Shown here piece by piece: positions 23,313 to 36,687 of a DNA stretch of 64,000 nt (its first letter is position 1; the number at the start of each line of letters is the position of its first letter). A program made the translations under genes and the position numbers. The stretch spans positions 97,960,001 to 98,024,000 of the forward strand of contig OZ260661.1 in assembly GCA_965285935.1 (NCBI GenBank). Direction: 5' to 3'. The stretch is from Ophelia neglecta. Taxonomy: Eukaryota. The notes under the pieces are model-generated. The model was not told the DNA's origin. It ran no database searches and saw only the letters and a program-made list of their open reading frames with translations.

Positions 23313-26300
23313 TACATAAGCCTCGGTGACGTTAAATATGCCTCGGTGTCCTGATTGTCTAAGCGTCTATAAGTAAATTAAGGCAGACCAAACCCGAAGG
23401 GTGACAATCCTACCCTTCACCTATTATAGACGTGCAGGAGCTATATACAAGCGTCGAGAGAGAACAGAGCCGCGTGGCAAACAAACTATATATTAGGCCT
23501 ACCCATAGATCGATGAAGAGGGATGACAAAGAATACGCGGTTTGGATCACAGGGGAGCGACTGATTTTGTTCTATGCCATCTTGGATTTTAATGTGTCAG
23601 TCGCAAGTGAAAAATGTACATACGTTACCTCGTCAGGCGTCAGGCGTGGTCTTTTCGTTATCCAGGCCATGTCAGCCATGTTTGGTCGTGATTCGAATCC
23701 TGACATGATTTCGTTTTTGTACAAGGAGGTATCTAGGCCTATATTTTGGCTGGGATCACCCGGCAGCCGAAGGCTTTTCATTGTGACAAGGGGGGGGGGG
23801 GGGGCGACTTATTCCATGACTGTCTCTACCAGTACTGATGATATTTGACTTGCGCGGTCTCTTAAAAAAGGGTGAAAACTATTAACCCCCCCCCCCCACC
23901 ATTATATATCCATCCCTATACAGACATTAGTGAACAGTATAATCAATAGCCCCAAGCCTTACATTTACCCTACCCCTAATCTTGAGAGGGCTTAGGGCAG
24001 GGCAGAGGTCACTATTGGCCTATACGGATTCATATCAGTGTACTAAAACGAAACGTTTGTAATTCTATTCAGAATGTAACGAACGTTTTTATGAGCGATA
24101 ATACATTGGTTAAATCATGGAGCCCCCAGCAGTAACACACATATCAACAACATGGACCAAGTACCGGCATCCATTAAATTCGGTACTCGTTCTTGTACAT
24201 GTACAGTATTACGTGTTATCTATACAATAAAACACCATTTGATAGCAATGAGCTATTGAAAACCTTCTATAAACCAGAAACCCAGGGCAGATTTGTTACT
24301 CACCAGTGGTCCAATGTTTGCAAAGAATGGGCGGCTGCAGATATCAACAGCCTTGGATATTATGGGATCATGTAGGTTTACCAGCTGAACAAAACTCATG
24401 CGTAATTAATGTAGGTGAGTCAGAGTGGGTGGTGTAGTCACACATGTAACACACTTCATAATATAAGAAATTCATTTCCCCAAGTTGACTTATGAAGTAA
24501 ATCACGGCCACCGACGACCTTGATAGAGCACTGTGGCCATTCTCTTGTGTGACGCCATAGACGCTCGAGTGCGTGGTGTTGATATTTAGACGTTATGACG
24601 CATTGCCCGCCAAATGCTTACTGAGCGATGTCACAATCTCCCTCCGAGAACCTGAATATGAAAGTAGTGAGGCATTATCCATATAAAAGGTTGGAGTAAC
24701 GCTGTCGAAAGACCTTGAAGTCGATATACATGTTCACCAATGACTTAGCAAATTATTGGCTACGCTTAGCTTCCACTGATATATTCCACTAATAAATTCA
24801 CAGCTCTGTTTATGGATCTGTCTTCCTCCCAAAAAAGACGCAATTATCGTTCTTTTTATCTGATCTTGTTTGCAATACATTTCAAGGTCGAAGTCAAGGG
24901 CACATGCACAAACGGACCAATCAGGTGAACGTGAGTAGTAAAGTGATTATCGGCGGCCATCATGACTTCACAACCATCTTGAGTCATTTTTATATTGTGA
25001 CATAATGAAGTCATCCATAAATGCAGAAATTAGACGATAAAAAGCGCCTCTCTCCTGAAAGAGGTCTGACCACTTTTGGAGATTCGGTCCGTCTGTGATG
25101 GAATGCAAAGCACGTGGTTTCAAACAAGCTTCGATTATGCATTATATAAAGGAGGACATACGTGTTTCAATGAGTTATTAATCCTTTTGGTTGACCATAA
25201 AAGTATCATGTTTCTCAATAAAATTTGTCAGTCATATCAGATAACTGAAACCAATTTATTCAAAATCTTCTAAAACGTTCTCGAGTTTCAACAGTCCCAA
25301 GATATAATGCCCTAATCACATGCATGGCAAATTTAAAAAAAAATGTTAATAAACATTTTCGAGTAACGCATAGGACTACATTATATATATATGAACCGTA
25401 ACAGGATGAAATCAAAGTTCAGTGTCAGGTTACGGATTCAAATACGACATCCGCGTTTTAAAAACTATCATGACAGTAATAAATGTAGACGGCAGGAAAA
25501 AGAGAAGCAAGAGGTCCAACTGGAAACATGAACTGTAACTAAGGTATACTGGCAGGACTTGGACCAGACGACATTTGCACATTTTTCGACTGACTGAATC
25601 GCAAGTTGTAATTTTTCCTTAACCCCCCCCCCCTCCCACGTTGTGTATTCTTCATGACCCCCCCCCCCCCAACCACCACCACCGCAAGCACCACCCCAAA
25701 GAAAAATGAAAATTGTACATCCCTTTAGTACTTCAATTTCTGGTTCAGTGAACATAACAGGCATTGTTTTGCGAGTGATCGATGTGACCAGCGGGAAGGT
25801 TTACGACTGGAAAACTCAAACAAGGGAACACCCACTGTAATTGGTGATAGAGGCGATGCACAGTTATAGATTACTCCCGATTTGTAGTTACCAAATGCAA
25901 TCGGACATAGCGAGAAATCGCACGACCAATGGAGACAAGAGGTATGGAATATGATATGTAAATACTCTTAAAGGCTCTTTTTCCATATGATTCGATGTAA
26001 AATGAATAATTGGCATATTAGTGAGGGGCTGATTGCTGGAATATGACATAAACAACCCAAAAGAAGGGATTGATTGTTAAGTTATACAAGGATCACTGGG
26101 TGATGACAACCTCGTGAATGGGAGAACCTGGTCGCTCTGGGCGTCGGCTTAATGGCGAAAATAACATAAAATTGTCATATCTCGTCTAAGGCGCCATGAT
26201 TTCAGTAGGATTTATGTTCGTCTGGCTCACCTATATATGTGCTGTTAAGATTAACGGGTTGCGGGGCCTTGATGAGCCATGTTCTACTCGATTTGACCAT

Positions 26301-26924
26301 TAGTCCGCCGCCCAGGGTCTTTAGTTTATTAGGAAATTATTCTATCCATATTATGAACCTAAGGCTTGCCGTGGTGAAAAAAAAAATGAATCAATGTATC
26401 TATAGCACAGATACACAAGAAAGTGGGTGTGTTTCCATTTTCATACTGTCCAAAGTAGCATTAGGCTCCGTCATATAAAAAAAGGTATATAATAAATTTA
26501 ACACCTTAAATATTTATCGATGTAAGGTTGCCAACAGAGTGTTTCATATTGTTTGAGAAACATATGTAGCACAGTATTAACATAAGTGTGGACTTATCTT
26601 CAGACAACATTCAAAATTCAAAATTTAAATATATAACCAATAGGATCTCGTTTCAAAAGATTCATGGCCGCGCGTGTGAACGTAAAATTGCGAGAAGTCA
26701 ATGACTTGGACGTTTTGAAATGTCAATCAAGTTTCAGAAATGGTCAGTAGAATATCTAATATCTGAGGTAGTGCTTACTTTTAATGACATGGGCTGCTAA
26801 ATTATTTTAAGAAGTAGGCAAACATATTTGGCGATATGTGTAAACGTTTTGTTTGAATACATCGGTTAACTTAATGCGCGTCCTACGCCTGGAAGGGGGG
26901 GGGGGAGGGGGGAGGGTCTTACCT

Positions 26925-26982
26925 TACAAATACAATAAAATAAGATAACGGTAGATACAAATACAATAAAATAGGATAACGG
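26925..26982 (+). repeat. 31-bp tandem duplication
   Basis: tacaaatacaataaaataagataacggtaga is followed by tacaaatacaataaaataggataacgg. Confidence 0.9.
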
Positions 26983-28977
26983 CATTTTTGCACGGTGCGA
27001 GAATGATAATTCAATTGCTCTGTATGCTATATTTTTCAATTGTATATAGTACGATTAGACATGCCTAGGTTTTTGGGACTTGTGGTTTTAATGATATAGA
27101 TGGGGCAGATAATTGTGATATGTAAAGTAAAGTAACTTTATGCCTGAGACCTATATTATGGAAGTATTCGATATCGGAGGTAGGAATTAATGTTATACAT
27201 ATATTTCGTCTGGTCTACCTATACCGATCATAGAGGCGGGGAAAGAGGCCACACGATCAATTATTGTAATGTGTTTAAATGCTAGCTTTGAACAATGTGA
27301 TGTACTGATATGGTTTCCCAGCGTACTCAGATTCTCAATGCACAAATAACCAATACTTGATGATAAAAAAGCATTCAGGCAATATAGAAAGGCATACAGT
27401 GACCAAATATCCCAAGCTGCAGGGATTTGTGATAAGCCACAATGGCTTGTCCTTTACTCACTGCTGGAAAAACAATCCGGTCGATAGATCGTTACGTGGT
27501 GAGCATCATCTAGTCACCTTATTGTTGTTCCTCATTCGCCAGGGCTCGCCTGCTCCAGCGAGTAAACGATGCCACCTAGGGAGCAACAGCATTAGCTGTG
27601 TCAAGGATAATGCGCACCACAGACGCTTAAATATTTTATTTTATTTGCTTCTGTTTAGAAACCAAATTAGGCAGTCCTGTGTGACTTGCACGTACATGTA
27701 TAACTTAACTATGTGTACATATTGGTGATTTGACCATAAGTGAATATTCTATTATAAACCGGAATAATGTGACTATGAAAGTTTTTGATTAAGAAATATG
27801 TGTATTTGCAACAAATGTATTAAACGGATGATAATACGATGCATTTTAGGATATGAACAGCCATTGCATAATCAGGTGCCTGTGTCGACATCTAATTCAC
27901 AATCTGTCGGTCGATAAATGTGGTGGGCCTCCGTACTTATCCGTTATCTGCTAACTTCCGGTATCGTGAACAAATCTGTTTAACAATTATGCTTTAGCAT
28001 TAGGCAACTTAAAATTCGAAATTACGAGTCGTGCCTGAATTCAATTTAACTCGAATCAGGCAGGTTATCTGCTACATCCATTAATAATATGTAATTCAGA
28101 GTAGAACTGAACATACAGCAGGAATCATGGCCAAGGGGTTGCATGGTTAATACAAAATAACAACGTGGAGCAGTTTTTCAATTTCATGTCATCATTTTGC
28201 TATAGAAACAACATTCATATTTGATAAATTTACAAAGGTTATCACATCATATGATAATACGAATACTAGGTGCATGACTTTTGATGACCCTGCGTTTGAA
28301 ATGTTACCAACACCTGTTTCTGCGAATAAATATTATTAAAAAGCCTGACCATGTTTGCCCCACTTATTCTTCTCTAGGCAAAATAAAAAATATCATTATT
28401 TTACTATCAGGAACCAAGTAAAAGTTATCTCCAAGACTAGGAACTTGATATATTATACAGCTGTCTGGGATGACATTTGAAGACAACCCCTGGAAACCAG
28501 GGTGGACTTGGATTTGGCCTTTCCCAGCCTTATATACCGGGGATTATTGTCTTAGGTCTATGATCAGACTCTTGATAGAGAACATGGTAAAGAGGTACCT
28601 GAAATAGAACGTAGACCTAAGTTACGTCTCCACACATTTTATATACCGCCGGCAACACCATTTGACTTTTTCTGACCGTCTCATGGTAACCTTTGTTTTT
28701 TTTACCATTTAGTTTGAATCAAGTCCATAGATAAGCAAAGAGCCAGTGGGATTTAATTCTCGTTCGAATCGATAAGTGAATCACGTTAGTAACACCCACA
28801 CATGACTCATTGTATTTACATTTATTTTTAAGATTGCAATCTCTACCCAGTTATAGCACGGTGAGTGACTATTCACTGATCTCCCCGGTGCTCCCACATT
28901 AAATGGGTAACAGTGACAACCGATGTTAATTTCATGCACTTGCTATTTTAGTTCTTGCTCTTTACCCAGACACAGGC

Positions 28978-29635
28978 CAGCAAGTCCGCCCTTACAGATA
29001 TGAGCAAGACCGCTTACTGCTGTCAGTAAGAGCAGTTACAGAGGTCAGCAAAACTACCGCTTACAGATGTCAACGATACCACTTACACAGGTTAGCAAGA
29101 CCGCTTACAGACATAAGCAAAATCGCTTACAAAATCCCAGTAAGACCGCTTACCGCTGTCAGCAAGAGCAGTTACAGAGGTCAGCAAAACCGCCGCTTAC
29201 AGATGTCAGCAAGACCCCCCTTACAGATGTCAGCAAGACCGCTTACACAGGTCAGCAAGACCGCTTACAGACAAAAGCAAAATCGCTTACAAAATCCCAG
29301 TAAAAGCGATTACTGCTGTCAGTAAGAGCAGTTACAGAGGTCAGCAAAACCGCCGCTTACAGATGCCAGCAAGATCACTTACTGAGGTCAGCATGAACGC
29401 TTACAGATATATGCAAAATCGCTTACAAAATCCCAGTAAGACCGCTTACTGCTGTCAGCAAGAGCGGTAACAGAGTTCGGCAAAACCGCCGCTTACAGAT
29501 GCCAGCAAGATCACTTACTGAGGTCAGCATGAACGCTTACAGATATATGCAAGGTCGCTTACAGAATCCCAGCAAGACCGCTTACCGCTGTCAGCAAGAG
29601 CAGTTACAGAGGTCAGACAGAATGCATTCAGATGT
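28978..29635 (+). repeat. Minisatellite of ~29 copies of a 22-25 bp monomer (consensus ~CAGCAAGACCGCTTACAGAGGT) organised as a 136-bp six-monomer higher-order repeat
   Basis: Manual parsing gives a recurring order: cagtaagaccgcttactgctgt (22), cagcaagagcagttacagaggt (22), cagcaaaaccgccgcttacagatgy (25), cagcaagaycrcttacwsaggt (22), cagcawgamcgcttacagayat (22), awgcaaaatcgcttacaaaatcc (23). There are about 4.3 periods, and the second carries one extra 24-bp monomer. Confidence 0.95.
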
Positions 29636-31701
29636 CCAATGTCTAAGGCATATACTGAATTCTCTTTCCGAATATGGTCAGACGCATTGCCCCATCGAAA
29701 CGAAACATTGGTATAAGACTTGTAATCATAGCTGCCATGTTAATCCCTCGATTATAAGTCAACTCATGAAAATCATTTGACTTGTGATTCGAAAGTTTCC
29801 CGACTGCATGTTAATAGCGTTGGTTGGTAGGCGGTCTCGCCATAACCTAGCACATACCAGGCTAATGATATTGAGGATACACGGAGACAAACTTAGTTAC
29901 GAAACCTTATCAGGCTGAACTGAATACTGCAACGCAAAACGCTCATCATGTTAGTGGAGGGGGTAGGTGTAAACAGGAATAAGGGGGGGGGGGGGGGTTA
30001 CAAGATAATGTGGACATATACGCGAATCATGTATTAACCATATAAATCCGATTTTTGGCAACAAAATCGGGATAAATCATTCTTAATTTTAAGCATTCAT
30101 GAAAATACTAGTTTTTATTGAACCAAATTCCTCACAAAGTAATCGTATATTGTGATTTGCGCCTTTAAAATGGTCGCAAAAAAGAGTTTCATGATACACC
30201 CATTTTATGAATGAGGCGAAAAGAAACAAGGGATGAGAGCGAGGGGGAAGGGGCGTCCTTGTGAATTGTACCGAAATGAGATACACTGGATTGTTCGACC
30301 TTAAGACGCCGGCTGGTTTTCGTTCTCGGTATGGATGCCTGCTTTTATGTCACTTAACGAAAGTCGTCTATGTAAGTATTGCCATCTTGGCCCATTGGAC
30401 GTGTTTTGGTCATGCAGTTTTCGTTTATGGCTTAGTAGGATTAGTTGCGTATTTGCCCTGGATGATTATATTATGAAGGATAGCAATGAAACGACTGTAT
30501 TATGGAGATGCTTTATTGATCAAGCTGTCGATCTTCTACGCCTGCTAACAACTATACTGTCACACCAATAGTCACCAACATCTCGATTGTCATGTCCAAA
30601 TTGTCTTTTCTCATCGTGGGCTGACCTTTGGGGGGCAATAGCCGGCTTCAGGATGCAGCTGGTCTGACTGGGGAGAAAGGCGCTGGTAGTGTTGACCTCT
30701 TATCGTCCAGCAACATATGGCCAAAATGCAAGCAGTTGTGAATCGATGATTAATCATAAGCGTCTTACAAATTCACTGGGTCCCGGTGAGTATTCTGGGC
30801 CATCGGTCGAAGTTGTTCATACATAACACAAGGGCAAGCTGGAAATGAAAGTGCTAATGTTACTTCTTCTCACAAAAAGTCATGCAATATGCCAGCTACT
30901 ATTTAGTGTTAACAATATGCCGTAACATTTGCCGGTAAAACCCTTTTATGTTTGCAATATTTACCTTTGCTTCTTGATAAACCTTATTTCGCGAGAATTC
31001 TTTATTTGGTATCTAGTATTTGAATAAGGACAAATTTTATTACCTTGGTTATGACTGTACATACATAAACGCGGCCAGGAAGCGGAAGAATCCACAAAAA
31101 AATAACGATTGTAATGTCATCTCTAGGGAAAAGCTTAAGGCAATCTGGTATTGGTAGAAGTGATGAAAACGCGCGACTTTTTTTTGCTGTTTATTATCTA
31201 ATTTATATGATAAAATAACTAGAATAATTGAGAACTAGGACTACGTTGATTAATACATGTATTGTGAATGTGTACACTATTTCACGCAACGCAACTATGG
31301 TTCAGCCAAATATAATTAACATTAGGCCTCCCGCATTTACTAAAATCAGACTTGAATGGACATGTATCAGTCACAAAAGTAAGTTCCTCGGTCAATACGG
31401 AATTTCTCATACTCTATACTTAGTGGCATTTTTATGGATTTCGTCTGGATACAACTGGCTATGACATTTTAAAGCATATGTTGGCATCTTCCCAATGCAA
31501 GCGATTTGAAAATGAGTTAATTTATGCATTTAAATTGATTTCGTTTTGATTCATCATATTATTTCTGGTCCGCGGTTCCGGTGTGTCTGCCTGATATACA
31601 CCCCTGTCTGTACAGTTGCAACGTGGATAGGGTCGAAGCTGATGACAAAGGTGAATCTCTCAAATCAAAGCTTTACACTTAGACTGAAGTGGCCTACTTG
31701 A

Positions 31702-31797
31702 TGAGGTCTTTCTGGTGCGGTCTTTCTGGTGAGGTCTATCTGGTGAGGTATATCTGGTGAGGTCTTTCTGGTGAGGTCTATCTGGTGAGGTCTATCT
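31702..31797 (+). repeat. 14-bp minisatellite (TGAGGTCTWTCTGG) x ~7
   Basis: Units start at 31702, 31716, 31730, 31744, 31758, 31772 and 31786 (last one partial), each with 0-1 mismatch to the consensus. Confidence 0.95.
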
Positions 31798-34229
31798 AAG
31801 GCTCGAAAAGCCGCCAATTGTGATTTACCCTGGTGATCCATCAATATGAAAACTACTTGTTGGGCAATATGGGCGTCAATGTTTTTTCATGCTCTATTCA
31901 AAGACACGACAACATTGCTGCAGAATTCAATTAACATGATTATATCAAGTATCTAGGAATTAGCATTTCCCGCGGTACTGTACTGAAGCCCCGTTAGTTA
32001 GGCTTATAGTTTGTATAAGCCGGCAACAACCTCTCAGACATGATCTATCTTGGCGTATTAGACATGATTTTCTCCTAATCTGATTTGATTTGAATTGGCC
32101 TCGAAACTCCTATATATCTTGATGTTATATATTGTGAGCGATGCCAGGCTCTCGGATGTGAAAACATTATGATTTCTTTTAGTGATTTTTGCATCTTCGC
32201 TGAGGTTGCAAATGATGCTGTTTATTGGAGACAAGTAATGCCATTAAATTTTGAAGGAAGGTAAACAGCAAGAATAACATGGAAGTTGGTCTGATAAAAT
32301 CAATATAAATGCTCCATCTATTAGGTTCTATTGGAGGTGAACGATGGAAAAAAGGCCCCAACCCTTCCTCTTGCTGATACTTATTCATAGACTTAGGTAA
32401 ATATATTCACATATTAAAGTAATGAGTATTATCAGTTACCAGCCCATGTACTATATGCCTCCGAAATTGAGGAATTGTTTCTGTATGGGTAATTATATAG
32501 CCCTTGAGCATACGAATGGGAGTGCCAGACCAGTAGTGCTGTATTGGGAGTTCCAAATCGAGCAGCTTGAACGAGAACGCCACAAAGGAGCTTCCCTGAC
32601 CGCACTACAATAGCTTGGTGGCCATTAGCCCGACCAACAACCCACGCCCATTGCACGAAATCTCAGATTGGTTTTGAGACAGCCGTTGAATAGGTCGACA
32701 TACGCTAATGCAGTAGGGGAGGGCGAGGCTTTGGTGACCTTGGCTCAGGTACCAAGGGAATGAGTGCCGATTAGGTGAGAGAACCTAATGGCAAATCGAT
32801 TTCCAGCCCTCTTAGAATGCCTCATTATGGGAATTTTGCATTTAATAAATTGTCACCACTTTCAGTTTTGCACCGACCAAGATCAATGCTGTACACTGGT
32901 GAGGGTCAAGGCCGATGTTACCGCCTCGACTCGAACACACGCTGATACCAAGAGACTCATAAAAAGCGTGTTATGTATAAATACTAGTGAGGCAGACGAT
33001 ATGACGGCCGATAGACATCGGAGCCCAATTCCCGCCATCAGCAATTGATGAAGGCCGGCGGGAACCTGTCGGCTGTTTCGGCAGGGCCAGGAAGGACAAG
33101 CTAGGCTTTGCTCGGTGATCAGTGGAAGCATGTGGCTAATTTCCAATGATGTATTGAGCAGGTACAGGGAGAAATATTGCCAGCAGAACTTTGACATAGA
33201 CCCGTGGCGCCACGTCAGCTTCATGTAATCACATCAAAGAAGAATGTTCAATGTTCACTCCCCATCATAATAATAACCGTTTTGTTTCGGACTTGTACTG
33301 GAAGTGAGAGGAAAGGTCTGGGGGAGAGAAAGGACATGTTAAATATTATGTTAATCGATTACCCAGACACTTAGATTCTTATCACCACATGACACATTGC
33401 TAGGTTTTCAAATGTCGCCTCTCTATGCAAAAAAAGCCATCTATTATTTTCAGCTCTCTTTTAAACAACGAAGGGCTTCATGAATAGCAATTTACCCAAA
33501 AGCAACCCTATCAGAGAACCTGCCATGGGCGACAATGCCATAAACTCGATTGTCAAGCCATTAGATCGCCATCCGGTAAATGGCATTTTCAGCATTTTGA
33601 GTTAAATTATGCAACACATGTGCCCGTGCGCTTGCCATCATGAAAAACGTAGGCAAAGTCTGACAGAACAGACATAAATTGCATATGTTTGCGCTTACTG
33701 AAAAAGCTGAGTGGGTCCGATATCTTCAGCTTTGATTAATCTTCTGGCGATTCATCGGTTGCGTGATAATAGCTTTGCATTTGCCCTTGAAGTGCTTCTG
33801 TTCAAATCACCAGGACGCCGAGATCGATTTGAGCGTCTAACCAATCAGATAATGCATTCACGAATATAGAATAAAGCCGTCTTATAGGCCTATGCCGCTT
33901 TATGTATAGTATCGAATGAGCGATTTGATTCTCAATAATTGTCTATAGGCCCGTATTTAGAACATATTCAGTCTTGAGCGTCACATAATATGGTTCTGCA
34001 TGGGCCCGGGTTCCTATAGGCCTAGTAAGTAATTAGCAAGTGGAGGAGGGCCATTTTAGGCAGTGTCGTCCATTTTTACCTTACTCATAGGGGAGAGGGG
34101 TCATTTATTTCGGACCATGGGAGGGGGGGGGGGGCGTCATAGGCTAAATGGAATTGATTTATATAGATCAGCTTGCAAAACCAAGCTGAGCTGATTAAAA
34201 CATTGTTTCAGACATCCACATTTTCTTCT

Positions 34230-34400
34230 CAAAAACCGCCTTCCTTAACACATGATCCCTATAAATCCTTCATTGCATTATTCATCACCATCTCTCATAT
34301 CAGATTTGCCTAAAATTTTGAATCGAATTTTTGAGGTCAATCAAGAATATGATATTTTGATTACAAATCTAGATCCTTACCTAAGCAAAATAGGTGGGTA
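34230..34400 (+). mobile_element. Possible LINE RT N-terminal fragment
   Basis: PSLHYSSPSLISDLPKILNRIF resembles the RT motif NYRPISLLSxLSKILERI. The match is short and degenerate. Confidence 0.3.
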
Positions 34401-36651
34401 TAAATTTCCTGTCACTAATGGAAATCATATATAGGAACCTGGTGGCATTTATTTTGAATTTACCCCTATAGGGCTAGATTTTGATAGCTTGACTTTTCAT
34501 TAGTTAACCGGGCATAGGTACACAAATGAACTGATCACCAAAAGGAAGTCTTAAGCAAGGAACGCAGTGGTGAATTTAAACAATATGATATCATTTGCAA
34601 AGCATACTGTGGTAATCGTGTATGCAAAAAGTTGAATGCCAATATTCTATTATAATAACTGTTTTGATTGTCGATGGGGAGTGTGTGTTTGTGTGGGGCG
34701 AGGGTGACAGGATAATTCATTCTCTGTATGGTTAGGCTATTGGGTGCGAGGGGCTTGAGGGGGGGGGGGGTCTATCAAAAATTGTACCGTGATGGCTGAT
34801 ATGTTGCTCTTGCAAAAGTGCAAAATGACAGGCGTGTTTAAACGCATGTATATTAGGCCTACGTAATCATAACATGTCTAGAACATCTCATATCGGGTTG
34901 AAGACCCAGGCTTGTCTGTTTGAAAGGCAGTTCTTGTTATGATAATAATCATTCTACAGATGGTTAAGGTCTAAACATTCAGCCTGTAGCGATTGACCTG
35001 TAGCACTCACTCGAGCTCAGTCTCACAGCACAAGATCAATAAAGAAAACGTTTCCCAGTGTCGAAAAAGCCACTCATATTTTAGCTGCTCCAAGAATGTG
35101 ACGTAATGGTTGAGCAGGCTGTTTTCTCTCTGCCTGATCAGCCGATGGAAGAGTGATTCAAGGTACGTTTTAAGTTGTATCGATTGGTAGCATGGGCTAC
35201 GGCCAACTGGCTGCCGAGCTGGCCGCGCCATGGCTAAACGGAAGCCGCTTCGTCTCAGCATCCAAACTGTAACCGGGTGAAGACGACTACAACAGGCAGA
35301 CTATAAGCCTCTGAAAACCACGACAACAAGCACTTTTTTCCTGATAAGCGGTAATATCAGCGAGTCCACTATTTGCAGCATGGGTAGTTGAGTGAATTGG
35401 CGCGCAAGGACATCCTATTTGCACAATAATGCGTACGATTGTACCAGCTTCGAATCAAATATTTAGGAAGCGAGTCGACTCACAGTCTAGCCTTTTTGCC
35501 TTTTAGCTTTGTTACGCCAGCATGACAATCATTTCAATTTTGAAATCATTGTATATGGCATATTAATTTGATATAGGTCTGAACTTTTTGTTTAGATTAT
35601 TGGTTCATCCTCGGCCGCGGCGATTCCATCCCTGTAATTTTGTCTGTAATAAAACAGTATATCTCGAAATGATAGGGCGGTAGCACACATCTCTTATAAC
35701 TTATTGGTCCACGTGAATAAGAGGAAGGGTGTTGCAAAATCTCCCTGAACCCAGTCCCTAGAGTATAAGTGCAGATTCTGCTAGCATCAGTTTCGTATTC
35801 ATTTTTGAACGCAATCAATAATAACTCAAACAAGAACAGTCTTCCACAAAAAACTTTAACAGTTATAAAGAGTGTGTTATTTCTATACAGTGTAAAGATA
35901 TACCACAACTTTATTCTAGTTTGCGGGCTTCATTGTCTTTCATATCACGTTTTACGTTTTACCCCAGTGCACCAGAGTCTTTGTAAGTCTAACTCCGAGA
36001 GGTGTTTGTAGTATATGGTACCACACCGGACGCAGCGCGCGGCAGGAAGGAGAAAGAGAGGAGGCAGCAGCGCACCCGGGCGCCCGCGAGCATATCTAAG
36101 CACATACACAAAGAATCTAGCATTGTTTTACATGAGCACGTATACACAAACATTGACAAATATATATAAAAGATAGAGACACGGTCATTCGTGCATAGAC
36201 TCTAGGCGGCCAATAAAGAGATATGAAGGCACACGAATATTTCACATCCACACGTACAAAAGTCAGAATTGCTTTATATCGAAAATTCAGGTTGCATTGG
36301 ACACACCATTGGTAAGGATGACTCTCACTAAGGCTTAATAATAAACCGCTATCGTGAGGGCCACCTAAAAATACTATATGTTTCAAACAAATATCTAATA
36401 CACCATAGTGTCATTTTAGTAAATGTTAAGAAAACAAAATAAATGACTGAAGAGAAATTATAATTCATTTATACATGTGCATTAAATCCCATCTGAGTAA
36501 TAGAAAATATAAACCACATTTCGTGCTGTAAGGCCCGGGTGTGCCGCTCAGGGGGGTGAACCCAATGAATTTGGTAAACTTGGTCCGAGTAAACCCAGAC
36601 ACGCATGTGCAAATCACACCAAAGAGCCAGAATTTAGAACAGCATTCCACC

Positions 36652-36687
36652 GTAGGCACCCCATCAGAGGTAGGCACCCCATCAGAG
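36652..36687 (+). repeat. 18-bp perfect tandem duplication
   Basis: gtaggcaccccatcagag occurs twice in tandem. Confidence 0.9.

Noticed and set aside
23640-23705. tRNA or tRNA-derived SINE (GATTCGAATCC B-box-like motif)
   Set aside because: No A-box at the proper spacing and no cloverleaf could be built.
28833-28860. Next exon of the ankyrin gene (AG acceptor and GTGAGT donor)
   Set aside because: The required phase-0 reading hits TAG.
28978-29635. CRISPR array or repeat-protein CDS (ORFs 29067-29303 and 29499-29780)
   Set aside because: The units are contiguous with no unique spacers, no cas genes are present, the context is eukaryotic, and the 22- and 136-bp periods are not multiples of 3.
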